Both the position numbers and the translations under genes were made by a program. A stretch of DNA of 64,000 nucleotides, from the NCBI GenBank assembly GCA_965277405.1, contig OZ255726.1, positions 352,001-416,000 of the forward strand, written 5' to 3'. The notes beneath the pieces were generated by a model that worked only from the letters and a program-made list of their open reading frames with translations, was not told where the DNA came from and did not search any database. This document shows, piece by piece, positions 32,621 through 42,572 of this stretch (the stretch's first letter is position 1; each line of letters opens with the position of its first letter). Source of the stretch: Gammaproteobacteria bacterium. Lineage in GTDB: Bacteria; Pseudomonadota; Gammaproteobacteria; G965277405.

Positions 32621-33994
32621 ATGAAATCTAGCAAAGTAAAAACTGTCTTCGTCTGCGCAGACTGTGGAGAGGAATACAGTCAATGGCAAGGGAAGTGTAC
32701 CGCATGCCAACAATGGAATACTATCGCTAAATTGCACCTTGCCCCTGCAACACCAGCAAGCAATACCAGTGGTTACGTTGCCAATGTACTGCCAGAGCTG
32801 CAAACACTTCATCAACTTGAAATCAGCGAATCCAGTAGAACAGCGACATTTGCCAAAGAATTTGACCGCGTGCTTGGCGGCGGTCTTGTAGCTGGCTCAA
32901 CGGTACTACTCGCCGGTAATCCTGGTATTGGAAAAAGTACATTGTTGTTACAAACGTTGGCTCATCTATCTACTACGCATAACTGCATCTATGCAACAGG
33001 TGAAGAGTCACTCAATCAAATCGCGATGCGCGCCCAACGGCTAAACTTGCACAGCGCTCGCTTGCAACTGCTGAATGAAACAAATATTTTTTCAATTATT
33101 GAACTTGCAACAAGCTCGAAAGCTGATGTGGTGGTGGTTGATTCAATCCAAGTCATGTATTCGCCTGAATTTCCCTCTTCACCAGGGAGCGTGACCCAGA
33201 TTCGTGAAGGTGCCACTGCTTTAACCAGGTTTGCTAAACACAGCAACACCACTATTATTCTGGTTGGTCATGTAACCAAAGACGGCAGTATTGCTGGACC
33301 TAAGACGCTCGAGCACAGCGTTGATTGTTCTATTAACTTTGAAAGCTCAAATGATTCACGGTTTCGCACCTTGCGCGCCTCAAAAAATAGATTTGGCGCA
33401 ATCAATGAGCTAGGTGTTTTTGCAATGACGGATACAGGACTAAAAGAAGTCAGCAACCCCTCTGCAATATTTCTCAATAGATCTGGGCAAAACCATCCAG
33501 GAACTATTACGACAGTACTTTGGGAAGGCACACGCACACTACTATTAGAAATCCAAGCGCTGGTTGATACAACACACGGGCATACACCACGCCGCGTGAG
33601 TATTGGAGTTGACTCCAACAAAATAAACATGCTTATTGCCATCTTACACCGCCACGTCGGTATCCTCGTTGCCGATCAAGACGTCTTCATCAATATTGTC
33701 GGCGGTGTCCGCATCACAGAGACTGGTGGCGATTTAGCTTTATTGTTATCGATTGTATCGTCACTGCGCAACACACCACTGCCAACATCAATGTGCGCAT
33801 TTGGAGAAGTTGGACTCACTGGGGAAATTCGCCCAGTTCCATCGGGTCAAGAACGTTTGCAAGAAGCCATTAAACATGGCTTTGTAACGGCAATTATTCC
33901 GCAAGGCAATATGCCCAAAAAAGTTGCAACAAATTGTACTGTACACGCTGTTGCCACACTCCAGCAGGCCATCGATGCAGCGTTTGCAACCTAA
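32621..33994 (+). CDS. radA: DNA repair protein RadA/Sms
   Basis: C4 zinc finger, GNPGIGKST, KNRFG, Lon-like C-terminus. Confidence 0.96.
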   Translation: MKSSKVKTVFVCADCGEEYSQWQGKCTACQQWNTIAKLHLAPATPASNTSGYVANVLPELQTLHQLEISESSRTATFAKEFDRVLGGGLVAGSTVLLAGNPGIGKSTLLLQTLAHLSTTHNCIYATGEESLNQIAMRAQRLNLHSARLQLLNETNIFSIIELATSSKADVVVVDSIQVMYSPEFPSSPGSVTQIREGATALTRFAKHSNTTIILVGHVTKDGSIAGPKTLEHSVDCSINFESSNDSRFRTLRASKNRFGAINELGVFAMTDTGLKEVSNPSAIFLNRSGQNHPGTITTVLWEGTRTLLLEIQALVDTTHGHTPRRVSIGVDSNKINMLIAILHRHVGILVADQDVFINIVGGVRITETGGDLALLLSIVSSLRNTPLPTSMCAFGEVGLTGEIRPVPSGQERLQEAIKHGFVTAIIPQGNMPKKVATNCTVHAVATLQQAIDAAFAT

Positions 33995-34171
33995 GGAGTG
34001 TGAGCCACAGTCAAAAATCAGCGCCGCATGATGTATAGGATACAAATGCACAGTAAGCGGATGCGGTGCATGTCAACGTCTATTATACATCTTTTTGTAG
34101 ACACGATAAATACGCCAATTCAGCAGTTTTCCCGCAAAACATTGCCCTACAATTACTAAAAAATAGCTAGC

Positions 34172-34927
34172 TTAGCCATCAAGCCAATAATGTTCAGTAG
34201 TGATTTGCCCAGGCGCCTTGCTTCTGTGTTTTTTGAGACCGCGTTGTATCAACTGCCTAGTAACTGACTGCAGCATTGCAGGGTTACCACATACAAAAAA
34301 CTGATCATTCGCAGTAATTGTTTCTCCAACTTGTTTTTCTAAACCATTGTTGGCTAATAGTGCATCGATGCGTCCGTATAGCAACGGCTTCGCCACTTCT
34401 TCCCTGCTGACCACAGCAACGTAGCTGACCTGTTGTTGCTGCAATTCTTGCCGATACGCTAATTCGGCAACACCACGCACACCATGTACCACGACAACAC
34501 GTTTTGCATGCTGGCTAAGCGAACAGCTGCGGGCTATTGATACAAAAGGACCAATGCCAGTGCCTGTGGCAATCAGCCACAATGTGTCAGCCTGCGGCAC
34601 GTCATAAAGCGTCATACAGCCGTTTGCAGTTGGTGAAATAAACACTTCATCATTTGGTTTAAGTGCTGCAAGCGTTGGAGTAAGCGCTCCACCGGCAATC
34701 ACCACATATAATATTTCTATAGTCTCCGCATTCTCTGCTGACACTACCGAATACGGGCGTAACACCCCGACGCCGTCGATCACAACGCCGAGACCGAAAT
34801 ATTGTCCAGCAACAAAGGTAAATCCCGCTGGTCTTGCAACATGCATACTGATAAGCGTTTTGGTCCACCGCTTTTGCTTGACTACTGTCGTGCTGATAAC
34901 ACTCCTATTGAATAGTTTTTCTAACAT
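34172..34927 (-). CDS. fpr: Ferredoxin-NADP+ reductase
   Basis: RPYS, ATGTGIGPF, CGNP.M, EHYW. Confidence 0.9.
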   Translation of the reverse strand: MLEKLFNRSVISTTVVKQKRWTKTLISMHVARPAGFTFVAGQYFGLGVVIDGVGVLRPYSVVSAENAETIEILYVVIAGGALTPTLAALKPNDEVFISPTANGCMTLYDVPQADTLWLIATGTGIGPFVSIARSCSLSQHAKRVVVVHGVRGVAELAYRQELQQQQVSYVAVVSREEVAKPLLYGRIDALLANNGLEKQVGETITANDQFFVCGNPAMLQSVTRQLIQRGLKKHRSKAPGQITTEHYWLDG

Positions 34928-34936
34928 ATATATGGT

Positions 34937-35776
34937 TTATTGAATCAAGGTGCCCACACCTTGATTGGTGAATAATTCCAGCAAAATTGAATGCTCATTG
35001 CGACCGTCTAGAATATGTACTTGCTCCACGCCATGGCTAATCGCTGCTCTGGCACAATGTATTTTTGGTATCATGCCACCATGAATGACGCCATCAGCAA
35101 TCATCGCATCAATATCACCACACGCTATCTTGCTAATCCGTTGACCAGTAGCGTCAAGCACCCCTGCAACATTTGTTAAAAATATCAATTTCTTGGCTTG
35201 CATATGCGTTGCAATGCCACTGGCAACAAGATCCGCATTGATATTTAACGTGTTTCCAGCGGCATCATTGGCAATTGGCGCAATAATGGGGATATACGCG
35301 CTATTAGATATTTGTTGCAGTACTGCAACGTTTACATCGGCAACTTCCCCAACCCAACCAATATCTGGCGCAGTAATTTTTTTTGCCAGAATCAGCTTAC
35401 CGTCTTTGCCAGTTAAACCAACCGCCTGCCCAGCAACATGGTGTATCGCATCTACAATTTGTTTATTGACTAAACCGCCTAACACCATTTGCACAATGTC
35501 CATCGTTGCGGAGTCAGTATAACGTAGTCCATTGACATACCGAGCAACAATACCACACTGCTTCAACACCTTATCAATTTGTGGTCCACCACCATGCACA
35601 ACAATCGGACGAATCCCAACCAACTTAAGCAGCACCAGATCACGTGAGAACGCGTGCAGCAACGCCGCATCAACCATTGCATTGCCGCCAAGTTTGATCA
35701 CAATATCTTGCTTGTGGAATTTTTGAATATACGGTAGTGCTTCTATAATGACATGCGCTCTTGAAATATCGTGCAT
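34937..35776 (-). CDS. argB: Acetylglutamate kinase
   Basis: EALPYI, VIKLGGNAM, VHGGGPQI, NINAD, GGMIPK. Confidence 0.95.
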   Translation of the reverse strand: MHDISRAHVIIEALPYIQKFHKQDIVIKLGGNAMVDAALLHAFSRDLVLLKLVGIRPIVVHGGGPQIDKVLKQCGIVARYVNGLRYTDSATMDIVQMVLGGLVNKQIVDAIHHVAGQAVGLTGKDGKLILAKKITAPDIGWVGEVADVNVAVLQQISNSAYIPIIAPIANDAAGNTLNINADLVASGIATHMQAKKLIFLTNVAGVLDATGQRISKIACGDIDAMIADGVIHGGMIPKIHCARAAISHGVEQVHILDGRNEHSILLELFTNQGVGTLIQ

Positions 35777-35877
35777 ATATATTGCTGGTATGAAGCTGGT
35801 AAAACAGCGGATAATATAGCCCATCGCTGGATAGCTGTTAAGATATTACCCATCTATTTTATATTGGGGACATTCTC

Positions 35878-36294
35878 ATGAGATATTTACACACCATGGT
35901 TCGTGTGCAGGATTTAGAGGCATCAATTACGTTTTGGCAGCGGATTGGTCTTATTGAAACGCGGCGCAAAGAACATCAACAAGGTAGGTTTACCTTGGTA
36001 TTTCTTGCCACTGCGCCCAGCGAACCAGAAATAGAATTGACATGGAATTGGGATAATACCGATCGTTATGCTGACGGTAACAACTTTGGTCATGTCGCCT
36101 ATGAAGTCGAAGATATTTACCAGACATGCCAAACATTACAAGATGCTGGCGTAACAATTTTACGCCCACCGCGAGATGGGCACATGGCATTTGTGCGCTC
36201 ACCAGATAATATATCTGTCGAACTGCTGCAAACAGGAGATGCAAAAGCTACAGCCGAACCGTGGGCGTCAATGGCAAACACTGGAACTTGGTAA
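35878..36294 (+). CDS. gloA: Lactoylglutathione lyase (glyoxalase I)
   Basis: YLHTMVRV, ELTWNWD, FGH.A, RPPRDG.MAFVRSPD. Confidence 0.9.
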   Translation: MRYLHTMVRVQDLEASITFWQRIGLIETRRKEHQQGRFTLVFLATAPSEPEIELTWNWDNTDRYADGNNFGHVAYEVEDIYQTCQTLQDAGVTILRPPRDGHMAFVRSPDNISVELLQTGDAKATAEPWASMANTGTW

Positions 36295-36805
36295 AGTAGC
36301 AAACTACGACTCCAATCCATCAAAGGTCTTGATGTTATCCGCATGTTAATAGCTGCTAGTACAGCCACGGACGCATGTATCCGCATACCTCTGCTAGCGC
36401 CAGTATTGTCATCCGCGTCAGTTGAGGCAACAACAATATCCACCCCGTCAAGTCACACGCTGTGCGAATGCGTTATCCACCTCACAGCCATCTTATTCTC
36501 ACCTACTACTGCAAACAATATACAATCGCGGTTTGCAACCGCTAGCGCGAAACAGTTTTGCAAGAATGTTGGTAAGTGCGCAGAGTTAGCTGCAAGCATA
36601 CGGCTCGTGACCCTACTGTACACCACTAATGAATGTGTTGCTGTTCGTTGATTGGTGTACTTGATTACGCAAAAATTGTGCTTACATCAATCAACATCAA
36701 CCGTAAGCAGGAATTGTATTGGCTGGTATGATGGATGGAAACCACTGGCTAAAATCGCATTTTAAGTAATCGACTACATACTGTTCTGGTAAAATTCAAC
36801 ATGCT

Positions 36806-36824
36806 GACTTAATCAGAGGTTGCC
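36806..36824. repeat. Solo MITE terminus
   Basis: GACTTAATCAGAGGTTGCC. Confidence 0.55.
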
Positions 36825-36910
36825 TTCGGCAAAACTAACTTAACAGCTAGCCGTTGGCAATGAGGGTGGCTGTGATAGTCATGTCATATAACCACCACAG
36901 CCGGTGAAAT

Positions 36911-37042
36911 TTATTTGCCTTTTTTTTGGTTTGGATTTAGCTGTTTCCCTCTATTTCCTTGTCCTTTGTCGTATGGTTTGTTGGTTCCTGAAGAACCTTT
37001 GTTTGGATTTTGTTGGTCTGAACCGTTATCTGAACTTGTCAT
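36911..37042 (-). CDS. 43-aa hydrophilic small protein (absent from the ORF track)
   Basis: MTSSDNGSDQQNPNKGSSGTNKPYDKGQGNRGKQLNPNQKKGK, with a GGAGA Shine-Dalgarno just upstream. Confidence 0.7.
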   Translation of the reverse strand: MTSSDNGSDQQNPNKGSSGTNKPYDKGQGNRGKQLNPNQKKGK

Positions 37043-37170
37043 AATTTCTCCGTTTGTAATATATAATGAATAATTTATTGTAGAGTCTTTAGTTAGAAAT
37101 ACACCAAAAAGTCATAACAGGAATATAAGCATAAATACGACATTGTCAACTCTACGACTATATATATTTA

Positions 37171-37536
37171 ATGAATAATCTACAGCCTGAGACAACAGTT
37201 CAATCTGTGATTGGTCAAGTGATTGTGAAAATACGTAAAGAGATGAACTTCGAGCAACATCAATTGGCAAAAGCTGCTGGGGTTAACCAATCGACATGGT
37301 CTAAAATTGAAAGAGGAGAAAGCGCGTTATCAATAGAAAAACTCATGCAGGTAGCAGGGTTTATGCAAATTAAACCGAGTATAATTATAATTCAAGCTGA
37401 ATCAGTCATTAGCCAATTGAAGTCACAGGGTGTAATTGTAAAAAACCGTGCACCATCAAATGGCACTAGCAGAGGAGCAGCCATAATTGGAGCTGCTGCG
37501 CTTGGCGGATTAGTAGCGCTAATACTCAAAAGTTAA
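37171..37536 (+). CDS. XRE-family HTH regulator with C-terminal hydrophobic tail
   Basis: QHQLAKAAGVNQSTWSKIERGE; tail GAAIIGAAALGGLVALIL. Confidence 0.85.
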   Translation: MNNLQPETTVQSVIGQVIVKIRKEMNFEQHQLAKAAGVNQSTWSKIERGESALSIEKLMQVAGFMQIKPSIIIIQAESVISQLKSQGVIVKNRAPSNGTSRGAAIIGAAALGGLVALILKS

Positions 37537-37550
37537 TACGATACAAAAAA

Positions 37551-37673
37551 ATGGCAAAACAGCAAAAATTGTATGTGGTATGGCAGGGTCGCGTGACTGG
37601 AGTGTTGCCAACGTGGAAGCGATGCCAAGCGGCGGTGCATGGCTATGCTTCCCTAACTGTTTCCATGGAATAA
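37551..37673 (+). pseudogene. Truncated duplicate of the RNase H 5' end
   Basis: MAKQQKLYVVWQGRVTGVLPTWKRCQAAVHGYA, about 85% nucleotide identity to the start of the gene at 41687. Confidence 0.85.
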
Positions 37674-37908
37674 CAGCTTCGATCTTCTCAAGAAAATGCT
37701 CACTATAGTTTTTGCTGCTTATGTGCGTATTTTGACTGTGCAGACTTTATTTGCTGCATAATAACTCTCAAAACGCTAGTCTGAGCTACTACAGCTAAGC
37801 TAAGGCTGCAAAACCTGCTGGAAATTATTCTATGTTTTCCGTAACTTTCTGCTTTGCAGCAAGGTTTGATACGTTACAATAGTTTTAATTATTTTTATTG
37901 GATGCGCA

Positions 37909-38892
37909 ATGACAAACAAACATAGTTGTATTAAATCTATCGCAATATCAGCTGTACTGGCTGCCTCCTTCCTGACAACGTCAGTTTCTTTCGCCGCCGA
38001 TAAGTCTTTGGCAGTTACAGCTATAGTGGAGCATCCATCTTTGGATGCGGTGCACAAAGGTCTGGTTGATGAACTGGAAAAGCTTGGATATGTTGAAGGA
38101 AAAAATCTCACCATTCAGCATCAATCAGCACAGGGTGATATCCCAACAACAGTCCAGATTGCCAATAAATTTGTTGGCGCTCAACCAGATGTGATAGTCG
38201 GTATTTCCACACCCTCTGCTCAGGCAATTGTTGCCAAAGCTCCCAAAGACCAGGCTGTGGTTTTTACCGTTGTCACTGATCCGCTGGGGGCAAAACTCGT
38301 CGATAATTTGCTCAAACCTAGCGGGAATGTAACTGGGGTTTCCGATATGTCGCCCATCAAGAAGCATCTTGAGCTTATCAAGCAGATGATTCCAACTGCC
38401 AAAAAAGTCGGTGTCCTCTATAATCCAGGTGAATCCAATTCAATATCTCTGGTTAATATGCTGGAAAAAGAAGCCCCGGGACTTGGTCTGAAAATTGTCA
38501 AAGCTGGTGCCAATAGCACCAGCGCTGTGCTGTCATCCGCCCGTAGTCTGGTCGGTAAGGTGGACGCTATCTATGTTCCAACTGACAATACAGTTGTGTC
38601 GGCTTTTGAAGCCGTTGTCAAGGTGGGCATTGACGGGCAGATTCCAGTTTTTGCAGGAGACACAGCCAGCGTGCCACGTGGTGCCGTAGCTGCATTGGGG
38701 TTTAACTATTATGACGTTGGTCGCCAGACTGGCAAGATGATCGCTAAAATATTTGAAGGTACAAACCCTGGTGATCTTGCAGTTGAATTTCCAACCATTC
38801 TAGAACTGCTCGTCAATCCTGGGTCTGCTGAAAAAATGGGGCTGACCATTCCCAAAACAATAATTTCTGCTGCGACAAAAGTGATTGAGTAA
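37909..38892 (+). CDS. ABC transporter substrate-binding protein (aromatic amino acid-binding type)
   Basis: IVEHPSLD, SAQGD, TPSAQ, VTDP, GNVTGVSD, PTDNTV. Confidence 0.88.
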   Translation: MTNKHSCIKSIAISAVLAASFLTTSVSFAADKSLAVTAIVEHPSLDAVHKGLVDELEKLGYVEGKNLTIQHQSAQGDIPTTVQIANKFVGAQPDVIVGISTPSAQAIVAKAPKDQAVVFTVVTDPLGAKLVDNLLKPSGNVTGVSDMSPIKKHLELIKQMIPTAKKVGVLYNPGESNSISLVNMLEKEAPGLGLKIVKAGANSTSAVLSSARSLVGKVDAIYVPTDNTVVSAFEAVVKVGIDGQIPVFAGDTASVPRGAVAALGFNYYDVGRQTGKMIAKIFEGTNPGDLAVEFPTILELLVNPGSAEKMGLTIPKTIISAATKVIE

Positions 38893-38905
38893 TTTAAAAC
38901 GTTAG

Positions 38906-39494
38906 GGAATCTCTGATAAATTACCATATGGGTAAGACGGAGCAAAACCGCTGATGATACTTAAGCGCAGTGTGCAAATAACACTGATGGGTCTTGTGGG
39001 TATTGCCCCAAGTGCTGCAACGACGCAGCGCAGCGTTTGTTTTCATCCCTTAGGGAAGCTCTGATTAAGTCCATGATGGGCGAGACGGAGAAAAAACGCT
39101 GATGATAACTAGACGCAGTGCGCAGATAATACTGGTGGTATTATCAAGTGCTGCAACGACGTTAGCGCAGAGTTTTTTCCCGACCTTCTATTGAATATAT
39201 GATGGTTTGCCTACAAGCGGTACTTGCTGTGTTGCATCCCTTGGCGTATATGCTACGGCATGCGCTTATCGGTTTGCGCCTTGCAATCATCAGCAATTGC
39301 AGGCAACCTCGCTCCATCAGCGACTTAATCAGAGGTTCCTTAGTTGAATATACTCTTGGTTTGTAGCAGTTGTGGTATTGGCAGTGGCGCATCCCGTGGC
39401 GGCTATGCTACGGCATGCGCCCTGCAAAATGCGCCTTGCAATCATCAGCAATTGCTGGAAAACTCGCTCCATCAGCGCGTTAATCATAACTTCC
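38906..39494 (-). mobile_element. Old degenerate MITE interrupted by a younger copy
   Basis: TTAG-GGAATCTCTGATAA...TTAATCATAACTTCC-TTAG; the two halves are collinear across the inner insertion. Confidence 0.85.
39054..39339 (-). mobile_element. MITE family copy nested inside another MITE
   Basis: Intact TIRs with a TTAG duplication at 39050-39053 and 39340-39343. Confidence 0.92.
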
Positions 39495-39507
39495 TTAGGG
39501 TAAAATA

Positions 39508-40425
39508 TTGAGCATTATCGCCTTTCTTGGGGCGATTGAGTTGGGGTTTATCTACGGCTTGGTCGCCCTTGGTATTTTTATATCTTTTCGAATTCTTAAT
39601 TTTCCCGATCTAACCGTAGACGGATCTTTTCCGCTGGGAGCGGCTGTTTCAGCCGCGCTGATTGTTGCCGGCTATAATCCTTTTCTCGCAACGCTGATTG
39701 CCGTCGCCGCTGGATGCCTTGCTGGATTTATTACGGCCTGGCTAAACGTACAGCTAAAAATCCTCCACCTGTTAGCAAGCATCCTGACCATGATTGCACT
39801 GTATTCCATCAATCTACGTATCATGGGCCGTCCTAACATAGCACTAATTACCGAAGAAACTATCCTCACGCCTTTTGCAAACCTCGCAAGTACGCTTGGA
39901 ATCAGTAGCTATATGGTTATGCCAGTCGTCTTTCTGGTTTTTGCAGGCGTTATAAAGATGGCGCTCGACTGGTTTTTAGGCTCGCAGCTAGGTCTTGCCA
40001 TGCGCGCGACTGGGGCAAACGCGAAAATGGCGCGGGCAAACGGTATCTATGATGGCAGAATGATCCTGCTCGGTATGGCGATGGCCAACGGTCTTGTCGC
40101 TTTTGCTGGTTCTGTTTTCGCGCAAAGTCAAGGCTCTGCGGACGTTACCATGGGCGTTGGAGTTATTGTTATTGGTCTAGCTGCAGTGATTGGTGGTGAA
40201 TCCTTACTGACGCCAAAAGGGATTGCCCGAGCAACGCTTGCCAGCATTCTTGGCTCCATTACCTACTGGCTTGCGGTCAGTTTGGCCCTCAATACTGATT
40301 ACATTGGTCTGGAGGCACAGGATCTTAAACTTGTCACCGCCGTGCTGGTTGCGCTAGCGCTGGTATTGCCTGGTAGCCGCGTCACGCGCTTGTTCAAAAA
40401 GCGGAAGCAAAATGATCAAATGTGA
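39508..40425 (+). CDS. ABC transporter permease
   Basis: FPDLTVDGSF.LG, LYSINLRIMG, GLAMRATG.N. Confidence 0.9.
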   Translation: MSIIAFLGAIELGFIYGLVALGIFISFRILNFPDLTVDGSFPLGAAVSAALIVAGYNPFLATLIAVAAGCLAGFITAWLNVQLKILHLLASILTMIALYSINLRIMGRPNIALITEETILTPFANLASTLGISSYMVMPVVFLVFAGVIKMALDWFLGSQLGLAMRATGANAKMARANGIYDGRMILLGMAMANGLVAFAGSVFAQSQGSADVTMGVGVIVIGLAAVIGGESLLTPKGIARATLASILGSITYWLAVSLALNTDYIGLEAQDLKLVTAVLVALALVLPGSRVTRLFKKRKQNDQM

Positions 40426-41206
40426 AGATCTGCATATCACCTTCAACAAAGGAACCGTAATGGAGACGCGGGCACTTTCAGGTCTTAGTCTTGAAGTGCC
40501 TAAAGGGCAATTTGTCTGTGTAATAGGCTCAAACGGTTCTGGAAAATCAACCCTGCAAAATGCTATTTCTGGTGAAACGTGTATTGATCAGGGTAGGATT
40601 ATTATTGATGATAAAGACATTACCAATTGGCCAGCCCCAAAACGGACAGGTATGATAGCCCGAGTTTTCCAGGACCCACTCGCCGGCTCCTGTGCCAACC
40701 TGACCATCGAAGAGAATATGTCACTAGTCCGATCACGGGGCAAACGACGTGGCCTCGGTAAAGCTGTCACCAGTGCAGCGCAGCTTGATTTTCGCTCCAA
40801 ACTCGAAAGGCTGGGACTAGGTCTTGAAAACCGACTTTGTGACATGATGGGACTCCTGTCTGGTGGGCAACGCCAATCGGTCAGCCTGCTTATGGCCACC
40901 CTCCAGCCCTCCAGCATCCTCATGCTTGATGAGCATACGGCAGCGCTTGACCCTCGCATTGCCTCTTTTGTCATGGATTTGACCAAGGATATCATAACAG
41001 AAAATCAGCTCACAGCTCTTATGGTCACCCATTCTATGCGGCAGGCCCTGGAGTACGGAGATCGGACCATTATGTTGCATGAAGGCAAGGTAGTTCTTGA
41101 TGTTGCTGGAAAAGAGCGCGCCGGTCTTGATGTTCTGGACCTAATCCAGATGTTTAAGAAAACCCATGGTGAAGAGCTCATAGACGACTGCCTGTGGCTG
41201 GGCTGA
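40412..41206 (+). CDS. ABC transporter ATP-binding protein
   Basis: GSNGSGKST, LSGGQRQ, LDEHTAALDP. Confidence 0.93.
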   Translation: MIKCEDLHITFNKGTVMETRALSGLSLEVPKGQFVCVIGSNGSGKSTLQNAISGETCIDQGRIIIDDKDITNWPAPKRTGMIARVFQDPLAGSCANLTIEENMSLVRSRGKRRGLGKAVTSAAQLDFRSKLERLGLGLENRLCDMMGLLSGGQRQSVSLLMATLQPSSILMLDEHTAALDPRIASFVMDLTKDIITENQLTALMVTHSMRQALEYGDRTIMLHEGKVVLDVAGKERAGLDVLDLIQMFKKTHGEELIDDCLWLG

Positions 41207-41248
41207 AAATCGAGGTATCAGAGAAGACCTATTCCGCCGCTATTTTAG

Positions 41249-41531
41249 GGAAGCTCTGATTAAGTCCATGATGGGCGAGACGGAGAAAAAACGCTGATGA
41301 AACTTAAGCGCAGTGCGCAGATAATACTGGTGGTATTATCAAGTGCTGCAACGACGTTAGAGCAGCGTTTTTTCCCGTCCTTCTGTTGAATATATAACGG
41401 TTTGCTGCAGCGGTACTTGCTGCGTTGCATCCCTTGGCGTATATGCTACGGCATGCGCCTGCGGAATGCGCCTTGCAATCATCAGCAATTGCAGGCAAAC
41501 TCGCTCCATCAGCGACTTATTCAGAGCTTCC
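41249..41531 (-). mobile_element. MITE family copy (full length)
   Basis: TIRs intact; TTAG duplication. Confidence 0.92.
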
Positions 41532-41686
41532 TTAGCAAATATCCCTCTCGCTACCTTCGTCTGTGTTTGCTGGTTTGACCAGATCACGAAGATTTAGCAG
41601 TGCCAGTATAGGAGCAGCCATAATCCAGCGGCGGCGCTGGGTGGATTAGTCGCTATAATATGCAAAAGTTAACACAATACAAAAAA

Positions 41687-42292
41687 ATGGCAAAAACCCA
41701 AAAATACTATGTGGTATGGCAAGGTCGCGAAACTGGCATAATGCCAACGTGGGCGAGATGCCAGGCGGCGGTGCATGGCTATGCAGGGGCACGCTACCAA
41801 GCGTTTCGCACTAGGGAGCAAGCAGAGGCGGCATTTTGTGGTGAAGGTAATCACCTAGGCACCGATACAGCCTGCGTCCCCGCCGCAATTCCCCCAGCGC
41901 TATGTGTCGACGCCGCGGCAAACATGGTGACGTTTGTGATGGAATATCGTGGGGTGTTATACCCGCAACATACCGAGGTGTTTCGCGTCGGTCCAATCAA
42001 AGGCGCGACAAATAACATTGGCGAGTTTCTGGCGATTATCGATGGATTGCAATTTTTGCAGCAACGAGCCAGTTGTCTACCGTTGTATACCGACAGCACG
42101 ACCGCAATGGCGTGGGTGCGCAACAAACAAGCTAATTCTGCTTTTGCCAAAGCAGGGAAGGCGAGCGCTGATGCCAACGCACGGATTGCGGCTGCAACTG
42201 AATACCTTAAAGCAACAACAATCACTACAGATATACGTAAATGGCCGACCGCTGTACTCGGGGATATTCCAGCGGACTTTGGTAGAAAATAG
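41687..42292 (+). CDS. Ribonuclease H with N-terminal hybrid-binding (viroplasmin) domain
   Basis: KYYVVW.GR..G...W..C...V.GY.GA; VDAA, EYRGV, TNNIGEFLAI, YTDS, IPADFGRK. Confidence 0.92.
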   Translation: MAKTQKYYVVWQGRETGIMPTWARCQAAVHGYAGARYQAFRTREQAEAAFCGEGNHLGTDTACVPAAIPPALCVDAAANMVTFVMEYRGVLYPQHTEVFRVGPIKGATNNIGEFLAIIDGLQFLQQRASCLPLYTDSTTAMAWVRNKQANSAFAKAGKASADANARIAAATEYLKATTITTDIRKWPTAVLGDIPADFGRK

Positions 42293-42355
42293 CCAAGTGA
42301 TTACTTGCGCTTATTTGCGCTTTATTCAAATCCGAGTCGCTGGGGTTTAATAAAT

Positions 42356-42410
42356 TTGTTGATTATTTATTGATTATTTGTTGATTATTTGTTGATTATT
42401 TGTTGATTAT
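42356..42410. repeat. 5 x 11-bp tandem repeat TTGTTGATTAT
   Basis: Read directly; one unit is TTATTGATTAT. Confidence 0.9.
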
Positions 42411-42572
42411 AGTGGCTCAATCCGTGTTCCGCGCTATTGCGTGTGTGCTTTCCTCACGATGGTAGGGGTATATTGCCAATCGTCTGGATTAAACACCCAG
42501 CCTTCATTATGCAATGATACATATCGTGTTGTTAGTGTTGTCCTGGCGCGGACATATTGGTCTGGGGAGTAG

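Noticed and set aside
36300-36800. Unassigned ~500-bp stretch with overlapping 102-aa and 108-aa ORFs
   Set aside because: No motif, RBS or repeat that I can support; left uncalled.
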